The notes beneath the pieces are model-generated. The model worked only from the letters and a program-made list of their open reading frames with translations. It was not told where the DNA came from and made no database searches. Below are positions 28,950 through 40,800 of a stretch of 64,000 nucleotides of DNA, one piece after another. Every line of letters begins with the position of its first letter. The stretch's first letter is position 1. Source of the DNA: Abditibacterium sp. (lineage in GTDB: Bacteria; Armatimonadota; Abditibacteriia; Abditibacteriales; Abditibacteriaceae). The stretch is from positions 2,464,001 through 2,528,000 of the forward strand of contig OZ251992.1 in assembly GCA_965246885.1 (NCBI GenBank), written 5' to 3'. The translations under genes were made by a program, and so were the position numbers.

Positions 28950-31900
28950 ATGAAACTTTTAAAATCCCTCGCCCTTTGCCTTCTCGGTTTCTTGCCGCCC
29001 GCCGCGCACGCCCAAAGCGCCAATCTGCTGCCCAACGCTTCATTTGAAATTGGCGGCGCCACGCCCGCCGGTTGGGTCGTGCGCGGTGGTGGCCAGACGA
29101 CGTGGGAAAACGAAGGACACACCGGCAAACGCTCCATCAGCTTGCTGCCCGACGCCAACGGTTCGCCCTTCTGGGTTGTGCCCGGAGTGAAACTGACCCC
29201 CAATCAGGCGTATCGTTTCTCTTTTTGGAGCAAGACCGACAAGCCCGGCCCCGGCGCCATCATCAGCGGCCCCGACACCATCAGCCACGATTTCTATTTC
29301 GCCGGAAAATGGCTCTTCTACTCGTATGTCTTTGTGGCGTCCAGCGAGTCGCGCCCTTACGACATCCGTTTAGGGCAATGGGCCGGTGCGACCAAGATCT
29401 ATTTCGATGACGTGTCGCTCACCAAAATTACGCCGCTTTACCCCGACACGTCGCAATTGCGATTGCGACTGGGGCCGGACGAGCGCGTTGTGGGCCGCAC
29501 CTATCGTTTCGGCACCCAACTCGATGTCACCAACCAGTCGCGCGCCCTCGTGGAAAACTCGGCGCTTTTCAATACTGATCGCTGGAACTTGAAAGCGGGC
29601 CAATCACTCGTCTACCGCCACCAAGTTGGGGCCTACGCACAAAAGTCTGGGCGCCTCAAGGTCACGGCAATTCAATGCGATGGCGGCAAATTGGTCGCGG
29701 AAGCCAGCCGCGATGGGCACAACTGGGTCGCCGTCGGCGAGTTGGATAAAATCGGCAATCTCGAAGCCGACCTGCCCGCCGCGCTGTTCCCAGCCAAAAC
29801 CGTGATGGTGCGACTGCGCGCCGTTGGCACCGGCGCAACAACGAGCCTGCTACTGAACGGCTATTCTTATGTTGCGCCGCTTGATGGCGAGGCACCCGAT
29901 GGAACGGGCCGCGTGGTTTATCTCGAAGACCAACAAACCGATTTGCCGGTCGAAGTGCAATCGCTGGGCGCGCTCCGGCCCGGCGGCCACAACGTGGCGC
30001 GTTTTGTGGTCGAGAATCGCTCGGCAAAGCCGCTCCCGCTCGAAGCCCGGCTTTCTTTCCGCCCCCGCTTGGGCGCCGCTTCCACTTTCTCGGCCAAAGT
30101 CCAACTCAAAGCCGGAAGCAATGCCCTAAGCCTCCCCTACACTCTCGACGGCGCCGGAACTTTTGAAACCGAACTGACGCTTTCATCGGGCAGGCCGCTC
30201 TACCGCAGCCGCGCCGAAGTGCATATTCCGGCGTTGTGGGCGACCGATTTCGGCTACCGGCTGAGTTCCGCGACTCAAAATGACGTGTGGTGGGCCGAAG
30301 CGCCTTACAACGTCGGGCGCGAGCGTCCGGCTCCGTCCCGCCAGAGCGATGCGGTTAAAATCCATGCCGCCCGCAACGAGTTCGAGCCGTTTCAGGTCGT
30401 TTTGCGCCCCTCCCGCGACGTGAAGGGGGCCAAAGTCTCGTTCGAGGAGTTCGTTGGGCCAAACGGCGCGCGTCTGGGCAAAGAGAATCTGGCGATTAGC
30501 GAAGTCGCCTACGTTTCCGTCAGCCAACCCACCGACGCAGTGGGCACCATCGGCGAGTGGCCCGACCCGTTGCCGCCGTTGACGGGCGCGCTGGACTTGA
30601 AGGCCAACCGCAATCAGCCGTTGTGGATGACCGTTCACGTGCCCACCTCGGCCACGCCGGGACTTTATCAGGGCCAACTCGAAATTGCGGCGTCCGGTTG
30701 GACGCGTAAATCCCGGTCAGGCTGACGGTGCGCGATTTCGCTTTGCCCGCCGAACGGTGCGCGATTTCGCTTTGCCCGCCGAAACGCACGTTCAAAGCGC
30801 CTTTGGCGTCGGCCCTGACTTCAAAACGTATCAGAATCTGACCTCGCTTGAAGACCAGAAAGAGGCGATGGACTTGTATTACCAAAACTGCGCCCAGCAT
30901 CGTCTTTCGCCCTTCGAGGCGGCGTTTCTTCATCCGATCAAGGTGGATTTCGGCGTTGGCAACAAGACCCAAGACAGGGTGGACGCTTCGCAGGTCAAGC
31001 TGGACTTCACCGACTTCGACCAAGCGGCCCACAAAACTTTGGACGAATACCACTTCACGGCGTGGGCCGTTACGGTGTTGGGCTTGGGTTCGGGCCGCGC
31101 CGGGGCTTATCAGCCGGGCCGCATCGGGCCGTATGTCGAAGGCTCGCCGCAATACGAAACGCTGTTCAGCAGCTACTTGCGCCAATTGCAAGACCATCTG
31201 GAGCGCAAAGGATGGCTCGACAAGGCGTATCTTTATTGGTATGACGAGCCGGACACTGCGGACTACCCCATCGTGAAAGCCACCAATGACCGCATCAAAA
31301 AGTATGCGCCCAAGCTGACGCGGATGCTCACCGAAGAGCCGGAGCCGGAACTTTATGGCGCGGTGGATTTATGGTGCCCAATTGCGCCCGCCATGATTCC
31401 CGAACGCGCCGCCGAGCGCCGGAAAGTCGGTGAGCGGGTCTGGTGGTACGTCTGCACTTCGCCCAAAGAACCCTACCCCACGCTTTTTATTGACCACCCG
31501 GCGGTCGAAATGCGGACGTGGCTGTGGCAAACGTGGAAATACAAGCTCGACGGCATTTTGGTGTGGCAGGCGACATGGTGGAATAGCGGCGCGGCCTATC
31601 CGAACTCGCAGCAAAACCCTTGGCAAGACCCGATGAGTTGGTCGCCTGCCCTTGTTCCGGTTTCCAACGCGACCTACCCTTACGGCAATGGCGACGGGCG
31701 CTTTTTATATCCGCCCAACCGTAGCCCCGGCGTGGACAAGAAGAAATACCTGCAAGGCCCGGTCAACTCGATTCGTTGGGAAATGCTGCGCGAGGGCATC
31801 GAAGACTATGAATATCTCTATTTGTTAGGCGAAAGGGTGAAGCAGGCCAAAGCGCGCGGCGCCCAAACCGCCGCCCAAAAAACGGCCCTGCTCGCCGCCG

Positions 31901-32037
31901 AAAAGCTCTTGCAAGTCCCCAGTTCCATCACGACCGATGCCACGCATTTCGCCGTCAGCCCGCAGCCCATTCTGGCCCAACGCGAGAAGATTGCGGCAGC
32001 CATTGAATCTCTGAATGCCGGAAGCGGTTCTCATTGA
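28950..32037 (+). pseudogene. Secreted CBM plus DUF4091/GH123-like glycoside hydrolase, split by frameshifts
   Basis: ORF1 (AARNEFEPFQVVL) continues into ORF2 (YDEP, WWYVC, NGDGRFLYP, SIRWEMLREGIEDYEY) across an apparent 1-nt deletion near 30710 and a 29-bp duplication at 30725-30782. Confidence 0.8.
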
Positions 32038-32063
32038 GAGCGCATCATTGGGATGGGAATGTC

Positions 32064-32185
32064 AATCCCCATCAAGTGGACGCGGCCCTCTTCGCCTTTT
32101 CGTCGCCCCTTTCCAAAGGCGCGCTGCTCGCCGACGAAGTGGAACGGGGCAAAACCATCGAGGCGGGGTTGGTCATCGCCCAAAA
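32064..32185 (+). pseudogene. SNF2-family helicase N-terminal fragment
   Basis: NPHQVDAALFAFSSPLSKGALLADEVERGKTIEAGLVIAQ (Q-motif plus degenerate LADEVGLGKT). Confidence 0.8.
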
Positions 32186-32317
32186 CAGGGAGTTGTCCAG
32201 AAGGTAGATTTGGCCGACCGAAGGGTAGTTCGCCGCGCACCAGTAAGCGTTCATCAGGCGCAGTTCTTCGGCGCCAAGCGGCAGGTTCTCTTCGGTTTGG
32301 GAAGTGGGATTGGGCAT
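32186..32317 (-). pseudogene. xfp: Phosphoketolase N-terminal fragment
   Basis: EELRLMNAYWCAANYPSVGQIYLLDN resembles the Xfp signature YWRAANYLSVGQIYL.DN. Confidence 0.8.
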
Positions 32318-32452
32318 GATCGGCCTCGCGCTCGGCGCGCAAACTCTGCTTTTCTGGGCGTTTCCGATGGGCTGGACGGGTTCTTTGTACGGCCCGTCAA
32401 GCATTACAGCGCACTGTACGCCGGAACACAGATTGCCCTCACACCCGCCGAA

Positions 32453-33490
32453 ATGCAACTCGCAACACGCGGGGCGGCGGCCACGCCCCAATTACAAGAC
32501 ACGGTGCGCGCGCTACTGGCGCCGGGGAAGGGACTACTTGCCGCCGATGAAAGCCAGCCCACCATCGAGAAGCGGTTTGGGGCGCTGGGCATCGCCTCGA
32601 CGCCCGCCACGCGCCGCGCTTACCGCGAACTGTTGTTCACGACGCCCGACGCCCCGTTGTTTCTAAGCGGCGTCATCCTTTTTGATGAAACGCTGCGCGA
32701 CACCGCGTCCGACGGCACGCCCTTTCCGCTTCTGCTCAGTCGCCAAGGCGTCATCCCCGGCATCAAGGTGGACGCGGGCGCGCACCCGTTGCCGTTCTTT
32801 CCCGGCGAGAAAGTGACCGAAGGGTTGGACGGCTTGCGCGAGCGCCTCGCGGAATATAGCGTTTTGGGCGCGCGTTTCGCCAAGTGGCGCGCGGTCATCA
32901 CCATCGGCGACGGCATCCCCACGCCCACCTGTTTGGAAGTCAACGCCCATGCTCTCGCGCGCTACGCCGCCCTGTGCCAAGAAGCCGACATCGTGCCCAT
33001 CGTGGAGCCGGAAGTGTTGATGGACGGCGACCACACGGTCGAGCGCTGCGAAGAAGTCACCGAAGCGGTGCTCCGCGCTACGTTCGCCGCGCTCAGCGCG
33101 CAGGGCGTGTTGCTCGAAGGGATGTTGCTCAAGCCCAACATGGTGCTCCCCGGCCACGACGCGACGGGAACCACGAGCGTCGAAGAAGTCGCCCGCCACA
33201 CTATTCGCACCCTCAAGCGCGCCGTGCCTGCCGCCGTGCCGGGCATCGTGTTCCTCTCAGGCGGCCAAAACGACCGCGACGCAACCGCGCGCTTAAACGC
33301 TATGAACTCGTTGGGAGAAACGCTGCCTTGGCAAGTGTCCTTTTCCTTCGCCCGCGCCCTGCAAGACGGCGCAATGCAAACATGGGGCGGCAAAGCGGAG
33401 AACATTGGGGCGGCGCAAGCGGTCTTCGCCCATCGGTTGCGCCTCAACAGCGCCGCGCGTGCCGCTCAATACGCCGCTTCTATGGAATAA
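32453..33490 (+). CDS. Class I fructose-bisphosphate aldolase
   Basis: GKGLLAADES, GIKVD, FAKWR, VPIVEPEV, LLKPNMV, FLSGGQ, SFSFARALQ. Confidence 0.95.
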   Translation: MQLATRGAAATPQLQDTVRALLAPGKGLLAADESQPTIEKRFGALGIASTPATRRAYRELLFTTPDAPLFLSGVILFDETLRDTASDGTPFPLLLSRQGVIPGIKVDAGAHPLPFFPGEKVTEGLDGLRERLAEYSVLGARFAKWRAVITIGDGIPTPTCLEVNAHALARYAALCQEADIVPIVEPEVLMDGDHTVERCEEVTEAVLRATFAALSAQGVLLEGMLLKPNMVLPGHDATGTTSVEEVARHTIRTLKRAVPAAVPGIVFLSGGQNDRDATARLNAMNSLGETLPWQVSFSFARALQDGAMQTWGGKAENIGAAQAVFAHRLRLNSAARAAQYAASME

Positions 33491-33558
33491 GGGTGCTCTT
33501 CCCTTTTATGCAGACTCTCAGCGAATTGGCGGGTAAAACCAGACACATAACCGACTTC

Positions 33559-36500
33559 TCACAGCGGCAAATGTTCGGCATAAACCAGACGTTGCGCGGT
33601 TTTGTCGGTCATAGTGGGCCAGATTTCGTATTCGCGGATGGCGATGCGCAGTTGATTGGTCGGCACGCCGGGCGGCAGGGGCACGCTCGCGCTCCACGTA
33701 GTGTTGGTGCCTGCTGGTGCCCCCGTCGCGGCGACTGAAGCGCCTGTGGACGCCCACGCCAACTCGTCGCCTTGATTCCCCTGTTCCAAGCCGATAAAGA
33801 CGGCCACGTTCCCAACAGAAGGGCCGGAGACTGTCACGCCCACGCTTCCTCCCGCTTTGACGACGCTCGCCGCGCGCGTGGGCGTGATTTGCGCAAAGTC
33901 CGCCAGCACGACGCGCGACAACTCTACCCCCGGAATCGCGTGCGGCTGATAGCGCGCCAGCGCCAAGCGCACGAACGGGAAATAGGCATCTTGGGGCAGG
34001 GACACGTGGATGTCGCAGAACCACATGTTGCGGTCGGGGTCGAAGTGGACATCGTGCGGCGCGATGTTCACCTGTATAGCGGCTTCATCGAGCGACAAAC
34101 GAGTTGTGTTGCCGGAAACGTCCACGCGGCGCAACGGAAAGTGCCCCGGCAGAAAAAAGGGCTGCGTTTCCGGCGGGGGCATAATGGCGGTGATGGTCGG
34201 CGTGGTTCTGCCCGTCCATAACGGGTCGCGGCCCCACTGCGAGATGTACTGTTCGCGCAAGCCGTCTTTATCTGCATCGTCCGCACTTGGCAACACGACG
34301 GCGAGCATTTCGCCGTCTCCCGACGACCACCAAGGGCGTTGCAGATACACGCGCAAGCCGCCACTACGCTTGGACGCGCCCGCGCCGCGCTCCCAGCCAA
34401 AAGTGGGGAGAATGGAATGGACTTTGGGCGCTTCGGGCCGGGCCGAGGCGGAAATGTCGAGGGTGACGGCCTTGCGCTCCGCGCCGTCGCCGCGCGTGGA
34501 CGGGGCTTCCTCGACCGTGCCATCAGCGCGCGTAGTCAAGAAATACTCGCGGAAGCGCGAGGTGGCGACGGCGTGATACTCGACTCGGTGATAGCGGGTA
34601 TCGCCGAACTCGTGGCGCGGCGTCCGCAAGATGGCTCGGATGCGCGGCGTGATTTGAAAGGTGAGTTCGCGCTTGACCGGCGAGTATTCGCCCGCCGCGA
34701 TACGGTTGGGATCGCCGTTTTGGGGCGCGTGGTCGGAGGCGTAGGCGATGAGGGTGCGGTCGGCCTTGGCGAGCGGGGCGTCGTTGAAGCACTCGGTCGG
34801 GTCTTCGAGCGGCAGGAAGTGGAGCGGGAACTCCCACGCCCGCGCGTTTTTCTTCAGGCGGTCTTTGTCCGGTTGGGCCGTCGAATCGTCGTCTATCGGG
34901 TCGCTCCACGTGGCCACGACATCCACCTTGCCGGACGTTTTCGCGTCGCAGTGCAGCACGCCGTTGAAGTCGCAACCCGTGTCTCCGATGCCGCGAGACG
35001 GCCTCAAAGCGGCAAAAGTCGGCGCGACGAGCGGCTTTTGCACGGCGTGCACAAGCGTTATCTCGCGCCCCGGCGACAGCATCTCGTGCAAACCGTTGGC
35101 ACACAACGCTTCGAGGAACGCGGCGCCTGCTTTCTTGTCGGGCGAATCGGGAAGCGCGGCGAGGGCATCTTCGAGCCAGTGCCACACGCCCAGCAGGTCG
35201 AGGTCGTCGGGCGCGAACGCGCTGGACACGCGCAATCGTGCCGTTTGGCCGGGTGACAGCGCGACCACCAGCCGGTTCTGGGCGCCTTGGAGCGCGACGC
35301 GGGGCGCCTGACCATCCGGCACCCACGCCAAACTCAGCAGGAATGGGCGCGCGTTGGCCACATCTCCGTCGCTTTGAAAGGGCACGCTCAGCCAAGGCTT
35401 TTCTTTGGCGACGGCGCCCGCGAACAGCAGCACCGGGCCAATGAGCGTCGCGCTGCGCGCCAACGGGTCGCTCAGATAGGGCAGTCCCGGCTCGGACGCG
35501 GGCAAAATGGCGGGGAATTTGGCGCTGAGGCGGGCGATGAGCGGCGCTTTGGCGGGGTCGGGCTTGCCACCCGTGTCGAAAGTGCCGTGCGCTTTGGCGA
35601 CCGTGTAATCGGCGCGCGGCGGCGCGACATGGCGGTCGCTGGGCTGAGTGGGTAGCGCCTTGTCGTCGCTGCGTATGACCAGACGTTCAGGAGACTCGCC
35701 CGCAGTCGCGGCGTGGCGCGGCAGGAGAACCGGCGCGCTGACTGGCTCGTAGCGCGCGTAGAACCCTTGGCTCGCGGGGGTGAACTCGCCGCCCGCTTCG
35801 CTCGCGGGCTGGCTGTTGCCAGCTAAGTCTACGGCGCGCAAGCGGAATTGGTAGGTGTGTCCGTAGCGAAGTGGCAAGAGGGTGCCATCGAGGGCAAAGT
35901 CGGCTTCGAGCGCCCAACCGGGCGGGAAAGCGGGAAGCGGCGTTTTTAGTCCCGGTTGCCCCGTCGCATCGGGCGAATTGAGGCCGGGCGGTTGCGGCGG
36001 CGCGGCGACGACCAAACTCCAATCGTTCCAACGAAAAATCGCTTCGTGCAAGCCGAGCGCAGGCTTGCCGTCCAGCGTCTTGGAAGCAAAGGCGGGGGCC
36101 ACCCAGCCTTCGTCGGCGGTTTGAAACGAAACGCCGCCGATGGTATAACTTCCCCGCCGCTTGCATAGCGAACTCCAAGGGCCGCCCGCCACCAGTCGGC
36201 CTTGTAGCTGCCGCCGGAGTTGCAAACGCGGGGCGGTGGCTCCCGGCGCAAAGCGCGGTTGGAGTTCCACTGGCATGCGCGGCAAAGCGGCCACTCCGCC
36301 CGCTTCCGGCGGGGCAACGGCGCTGTGCCGCAAAAAACCGGGCATTTGACGCGGTAGTTGCGTCGCCGGAGGCGGCTTCAAACCGGGAACCAAGACGGGC
36401 AGGCGGGCTTGCAGTTGGGGCGGGGCTTCGCGCACGTCCACGCGATAGCCTTGCACGAGGTCATCGGCGAACAGCGTCGGCGGGGTCGGCGAAGCGACGT

Positions 36501-37635
36501 TTTTGCCGCTCTCGTCGAGGGCCTGTGCCATCACCGCGCCGCGATTGACGCGACACACCGCCATGCCCGCGCCCCGTAGCGAGGGCGTCGTCGCCACCGG
36601 GGGCGTATCAGGGGCGACGTGCGTCGTCGCTTGCACGCAATTGCGCAAGAACGCTTCGATTTTGAAAACACCGCTTTCGGCATCGAGCGACAGCACGTCG
36701 AACCACGCCTGCGACACGCGCAAGAACCCGCTTGGAGTCAGGTCGGGCGCGGCGGGCGAGCCTTCTTGCGTCAGCACGTCGCGCGGTTTGGCGCGAAAGC
36801 CCGCCGCCAGCATCGTGCGCGGCGACAGGGTTTGGGGCGGCAGGGCGAATTTGCCGGACAGTTCAACCCACGCCGAGGTGCCCTCAGGAGGCGTGGCGGA
36901 AAGGGGCGCCTCGAAGTCGAGCACCAGACCAAAGGCCCGCAAAAGCGCCGGATATTCGCCAAGCAGCGATATTTTGGCGTGAAAGTCGGGCGCGTCGCCG
37001 CTCAAGAGCAGTTCGGGGTGAGCGGGCCGCGAGGCTTTGGGGTGCGTCGCGGGCAACTGTTGAAAGTTGCCCAAAAACAAGCGCAAAAGCGCCATGTCAC
37101 TCGCCACATCGGGTTGCCGTATGCCCGCGAGCGGAGCGCGCAGCGGGTTGTCGAAGCGCGCTTTGGCCCGTCCCAACACCGCGCGGTCGGACGACAAACC
37201 AAGCGCCTGCGCCACTTGCGCACCTTGTATGCGCGACACCGTCCCCAACCCGTATATGCCCGCGACGCTGTATATCCCTTGCAGGCTTTTGGCGAGGTTT
37301 GAGACCGGATACGACAAAATCGGCAGATGGTCGAAACGCTCAGCCACCCCGCTTTCTACAACGGTGGACGGCGGGAACAGCGTCTTCCACGCTTGCAACG
37401 ACTGGGCGGGCGCGGGCAAGTCGGGCGAGGGCGCGACGCGCTTGGCCGCTACTGCTTGCCCACCGACGTGCAGCGTGCAACTCAAACCCGCCGCCACTTG
37501 CGGCCACGCCAGCCAATCGGGGAACTTGCCCAAAGTCCCCGCGCCGCCCAAACGCGGCGTCACGAATACCGAATAGCGCGCGACGCCCGCTTCAAACCCG
37601 GTCGGCAACAGCGTCCCTTGAAGTTGATGAGTCAT
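33559..37635 (-). CDS. Large uncharacterised protein (~1358 aa)
   Basis: Long ORF from MTHQLQG; conserved-looking blocks LRYGHTYQFRLRAVDLAGN, SRFREYF, LRVYLQRPWWSSGDGEML, YFPFVRLALARYQP. Confidence 0.8.
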   Translation of the reverse strand: MTHQLQGTLLPTGFEAGVARYSVFVTPRLGGAGTLGKFPDWLAWPQVAAGLSCTLHVGGQAVAAKRVAPSPDLPAPAQSLQAWKTLFPPSTVVESGVAERFDHLPILSYPVSNLAKSLQGIYSVAGIYGLGTVSRIQGAQVAQALGLSSDRAVLGRAKARFDNPLRAPLAGIRQPDVASDMALLRLFLGNFQQLPATHPKASRPAHPELLLSGDAPDFHAKISLLGEYPALLRAFGLVLDFEAPLSATPPEGTSAWVELSGKFALPPQTLSPRTMLAAGFRAKPRDVLTQEGSPAAPDLTPSGFLRVSQAWFDVLSLDAESGVFKIEAFLRNCVQATTHVAPDTPPVATTPSLRGAGMAVCRVNRGAVMAQALDESGKNVASPTPPTLFADDLVQGYRVDVREAPPQLQARLPVLVPGLKPPPATQLPRQMPGFLRHSAVAPPEAGGVAALPRMPVELQPRFAPGATAPRLQLRRQLQGRLVAGGPWSSLCKRRGSYTIGGVSFQTADEGWVAPAFASKTLDGKPALGLHEAIFRWNDWSLVVAAPPQPPGLNSPDATGQPGLKTPLPAFPPGWALEADFALDGTLLPLRYGHTYQFRLRAVDLAGNSQPASEAGGEFTPASQGFYARYEPVSAPVLLPRHAATAGESPERLVIRSDDKALPTQPSDRHVAPPRADYTVAKAHGTFDTGGKPDPAKAPLIARLSAKFPAILPASEPGLPYLSDPLARSATLIGPVLLFAGAVAKEKPWLSVPFQSDGDVANARPFLLSLAWVPDGQAPRVALQGAQNRLVVALSPGQTARLRVSSAFAPDDLDLLGVWHWLEDALAALPDSPDKKAGAAFLEALCANGLHEMLSPGREITLVHAVQKPLVAPTFAALRPSRGIGDTGCDFNGVLHCDAKTSGKVDVVATWSDPIDDDSTAQPDKDRLKKNARAWEFPLHFLPLEDPTECFNDAPLAKADRTLIAYASDHAPQNGDPNRIAAGEYSPVKRELTFQITPRIRAILRTPRHEFGDTRYHRVEYHAVATSRFREYFLTTRADGTVEEAPSTRGDGAERKAVTLDISASARPEAPKVHSILPTFGWERGAGASKRSGGLRVYLQRPWWSSGDGEMLAVVLPSADDADKDGLREQYISQWGRDPLWTGRTTPTITAIMPPPETQPFFLPGHFPLRRVDVSGNTTRLSLDEAAIQVNIAPHDVHFDPDRNMWFCDIHVSLPQDAYFPFVRLALARYQPHAIPGVELSRVVLADFAQITPTRAASVVKAGGSVGVTVSGPSVGNVAVFIGLEQGNQGDELAWASTGASVAATGAPAGTNTTWSASVPLPPGVPTNQLRIAIREYEIWPTMTDKTAQRLVYAEHLPL

Positions 37636-37730
37636 AGTGTTAAATATTAAGTCCGATGCGGGCGGCGCCCTACCCCACCCAGTTGAAACCGTCATTCACT
37701 CCGGCGACGCGGGCAGCGGGTTAATTCCTC

Positions 37731-37845
37731 GAAGAATTAGCTCGCTGCTCCGGAGAATTAGCTCGCTGCTCCGAGGATTTAACCCGCTCTTCAGAAGATT
37801 TAACCCGCTGCTCCCAAGAATTAGCTCGTTGCTCCGAAGAATTAA
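37731..37845. repeat. Intergenic 21-bp tandem array C (gaagaattagctcgctgctcc)
   Basis: Units at 37731, 37752, 37773, 37794, 37815, partial at 37836. Confidence 0.88.
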
Positions 37846-40800
37846 TTAGGCGTAAGCGGCACATACCTGCGCCCAATGGTCGTGCGTGGCGGCCAGATGC
37901 AGCGCGTGGTGCGCGTGCAACTCGTCGGGTGCGGGCAGTTCGGCGACGATGGCATCGGCGCCTTTTTTGATGGTGGCGGGCGCCTCGAACTCCTTGTGCG
38001 CCGAGAAGCTGACGCTTTTGGAAAAGAACGCGATGGAAACCTTGACCGACATTTCCACGCTGCCCGTCACCATGTTGCTGCCGGAATCATACGAGAGTTG
38101 CATCAGCATCTCCAAGGAGATGGACACCAAACCCAAGACCGAAAACGAACCGCCCGCGCGCACATAGCCCGCCAAAACGATGGCGTGTTCGGCTTGGCGT
38201 AGCTCGAAATAGATGCCCGCCATGATGTAGACGGCGCCCTTGGCGACGCCGAAGTTGAGGCGGATGCTGCCGCCCACTTCAAAGGAAGCCTCGAACTCTT
38301 CGACGCCATCGGTACCCAGAGCGAGGGCGCAAAAACCGCCGCCGGTGAGGAGGGTGCACATGACCGCCATCGGGTCTTGGCGGGAGCAGAAGTTGAAGCG
38401 CAGACGGGCGGGTTGCGCCGAAAAGGGAATCGTGAGGCCCGCGCCAAATTTCAGGTTGGCAAAGCCCCACGCGCCCGCCGTGATGTCGGGAATGGCGAGG
38501 TCGTAGCCCACAGTGACGCCCATCGGCGAGATGTCGAGGCTGGGCGGGTCGGATAAACGGTCGGCGGGAATGATGTCGGCGAGGGTCTGAATGAACGAGA
38601 GCGGCCCGCCAAAAGCGACCGGGTTGTCCGTCAGTTTGCAGTTCACGTCGAGCTTTTTGCCGCTTTGCGCGATGAACTCCAACAGATTGAAGCTGACGAC
38701 CACGAACCCGAAGAAGTCGAAATCGAAGTTGGAAAGGGAGCCGGTTATCTTGGTGGTCGCCCCGGTTGGCTTGACCACCAGTTCACCGGCCACGATCAAT
38801 TGGGCGCCCGCGCGCGGCTTGAAAGCGAGCGCCTCGACCAGTTCGTTGGTTTGCCAATTGATGCGCGTGCGCACCTCGCGCGGGATGGCGTTTTCCAAGT
38901 TCGCCGCTTGAGCGGTGGCGTCCTGAACCGTTTCGGTGATCATCTTGGGCGCGTTGCCCAAATCCAAACCGGCGGCTTTGAGGACATCGCCCAACTTGAT
39001 GCCGCCCAGCAAGCGCGCTTCGTCCAACACGGCCCCGAAGTAGTCGGACGGATGGAACACGCCTCCGGCGATTTTTTGCAGGTCGCCCCCGACCGGCCCC
39101 AGTTTGCGCGACAAACCGCTCATGCCCAAGGCGGGTTGCACCAAGCCGCCCGCCGATTGCGCGCCCAACTTCACGACCTGAGTCGCGGCGCTCAGCGCGT
39201 TCGCGTTGCCCTCGACCAATTCCAGCACGACTTCGCCCGCGTTGCCCGCGCCAAATCCCTGCTGAACAAAGGTTTGGGCATGCCGCACGCGCGCCGGGCG
39301 CTTGTCGCCGGTGAGGTTTTGCAGGGCGGGCACGTTCACGTCGGACACGAGGACAACCGGCGAGAACGGCGCTTCGCGCGACGGGTCGGCAGTTTTGGGG
39401 AGGGCGCCAAAAGTGATGGTTTGCGCGGCGAAGGTCGTGTCGCCGGGAACGTTGGGCGCGGCCAAAGCGACCTTTTGCCCGCCCAAGTCGGCGCGCGCTT
39501 CGGGGTGGGCGGCCCAGCGCAGCATCAAGGTATGGATGCTTAAGGCGTTGTCGGCGGACAATTGGATGGGGCCGTCAAGATTGGCACTCGGCCCGCCGCT
39601 GCGCTCCATCCAGATGAGGGGCATCGCCCACTCCGCTTTTTGCCCCGCGTCATCGAAGCCGATGAGGTGAAACGCGAAGGGGGTTGTTTGGCCAATGGGC
39701 GTCAGAATCGCTTGGGCGGGGTCTAAATCCGGGGTAGTGGAGGTCGTGATGCGCACCGTGTTGAAGGGCATCTGGCGCCCCAAGTTGTCCGGCAGGCCGC
39801 CGCCGCGATAGGTTTTCTCCGGCTGGCGCACGATGACGTATTGGCGTTGCCGCAAGACCGCGACCTGCCGGTTGTTGATCGTCTCGAACTTGCGCTCGGT
39901 TATCTTCACGAGCGCGGCGGGATGCCCGAACGGAAACAGGAACCCCTCGCGCACGGTGCGGACATAGAAGTCGCGGCCCAAGTTCGCGCGGTGCTGCCAC
40001 TCGGACAGCGACTGGCGCGGCGGAAGTTCGTTCGGGTTCCAGCCCGCGCCTTGGGTGCGGCCTTTGAGCGTGCCGCCCAGAGCGGTCAGGAAAAGCGCCT
40101 CGGCCTCGAACCAGCGATTGGGCGCGGTCATTAGCTCGACTAACTGCGTCCTGTCTTGAAGCGTAAGCGAAGTTGGAAAGGGCACTTCAATGGGCGAAGC
40201 GGCGACCGCACGCAGGAGGCGCGTTTGCCCGAAAAGCCGGAACTCCAACGAGGGCGGCGTTTTCCCGATGCGGATCGGCGCCCCCCCGACCGGGTGAACC
40301 CCTTCCAAGATGCGGTCGCGCAGATCTTTGTGCGCGCCGTGTGGCCGTATTTGCGGAAAAGCGCGGGTTTGCGGGACGGCGGCGCCCGATGTCGCCGCCG
40401 GAGAAGCGAAGTCGTCGGCGAGCCGGGTGTGCCATAGCTCGGTGCGGCCCGCGAAGGTTTTGGGGACGGCGCTATGGTTCCACTGGCGGGCGCCAAAGGG
40501 CGCGAGGGTGAGTCCGCAGGGGATTTCGAGGGCAGTCGCGGGATCGGCGTCGCTCGAAGCGCCGGGTTTGGAGACAAGTTCCCAACGATCCCAGTCGAGC
40601 AGGCTTTCGAGCGTGTAGGACACCTTGGCTACGTCGGCAGGCAAACGAAAAACCAGTTGCGACGGGCCGGACAAGCACCGTTTCGCGGGGAAGAGGGGGG
40701 TCTTGTCGGCAAACCACGCTTCTTCGGCGACGCTTTGCGGCGGAAACTCGACGATGACGGTTGCCACTCCCGGCGCTTTGCGCGTAAGAGCGCCGTTTTG

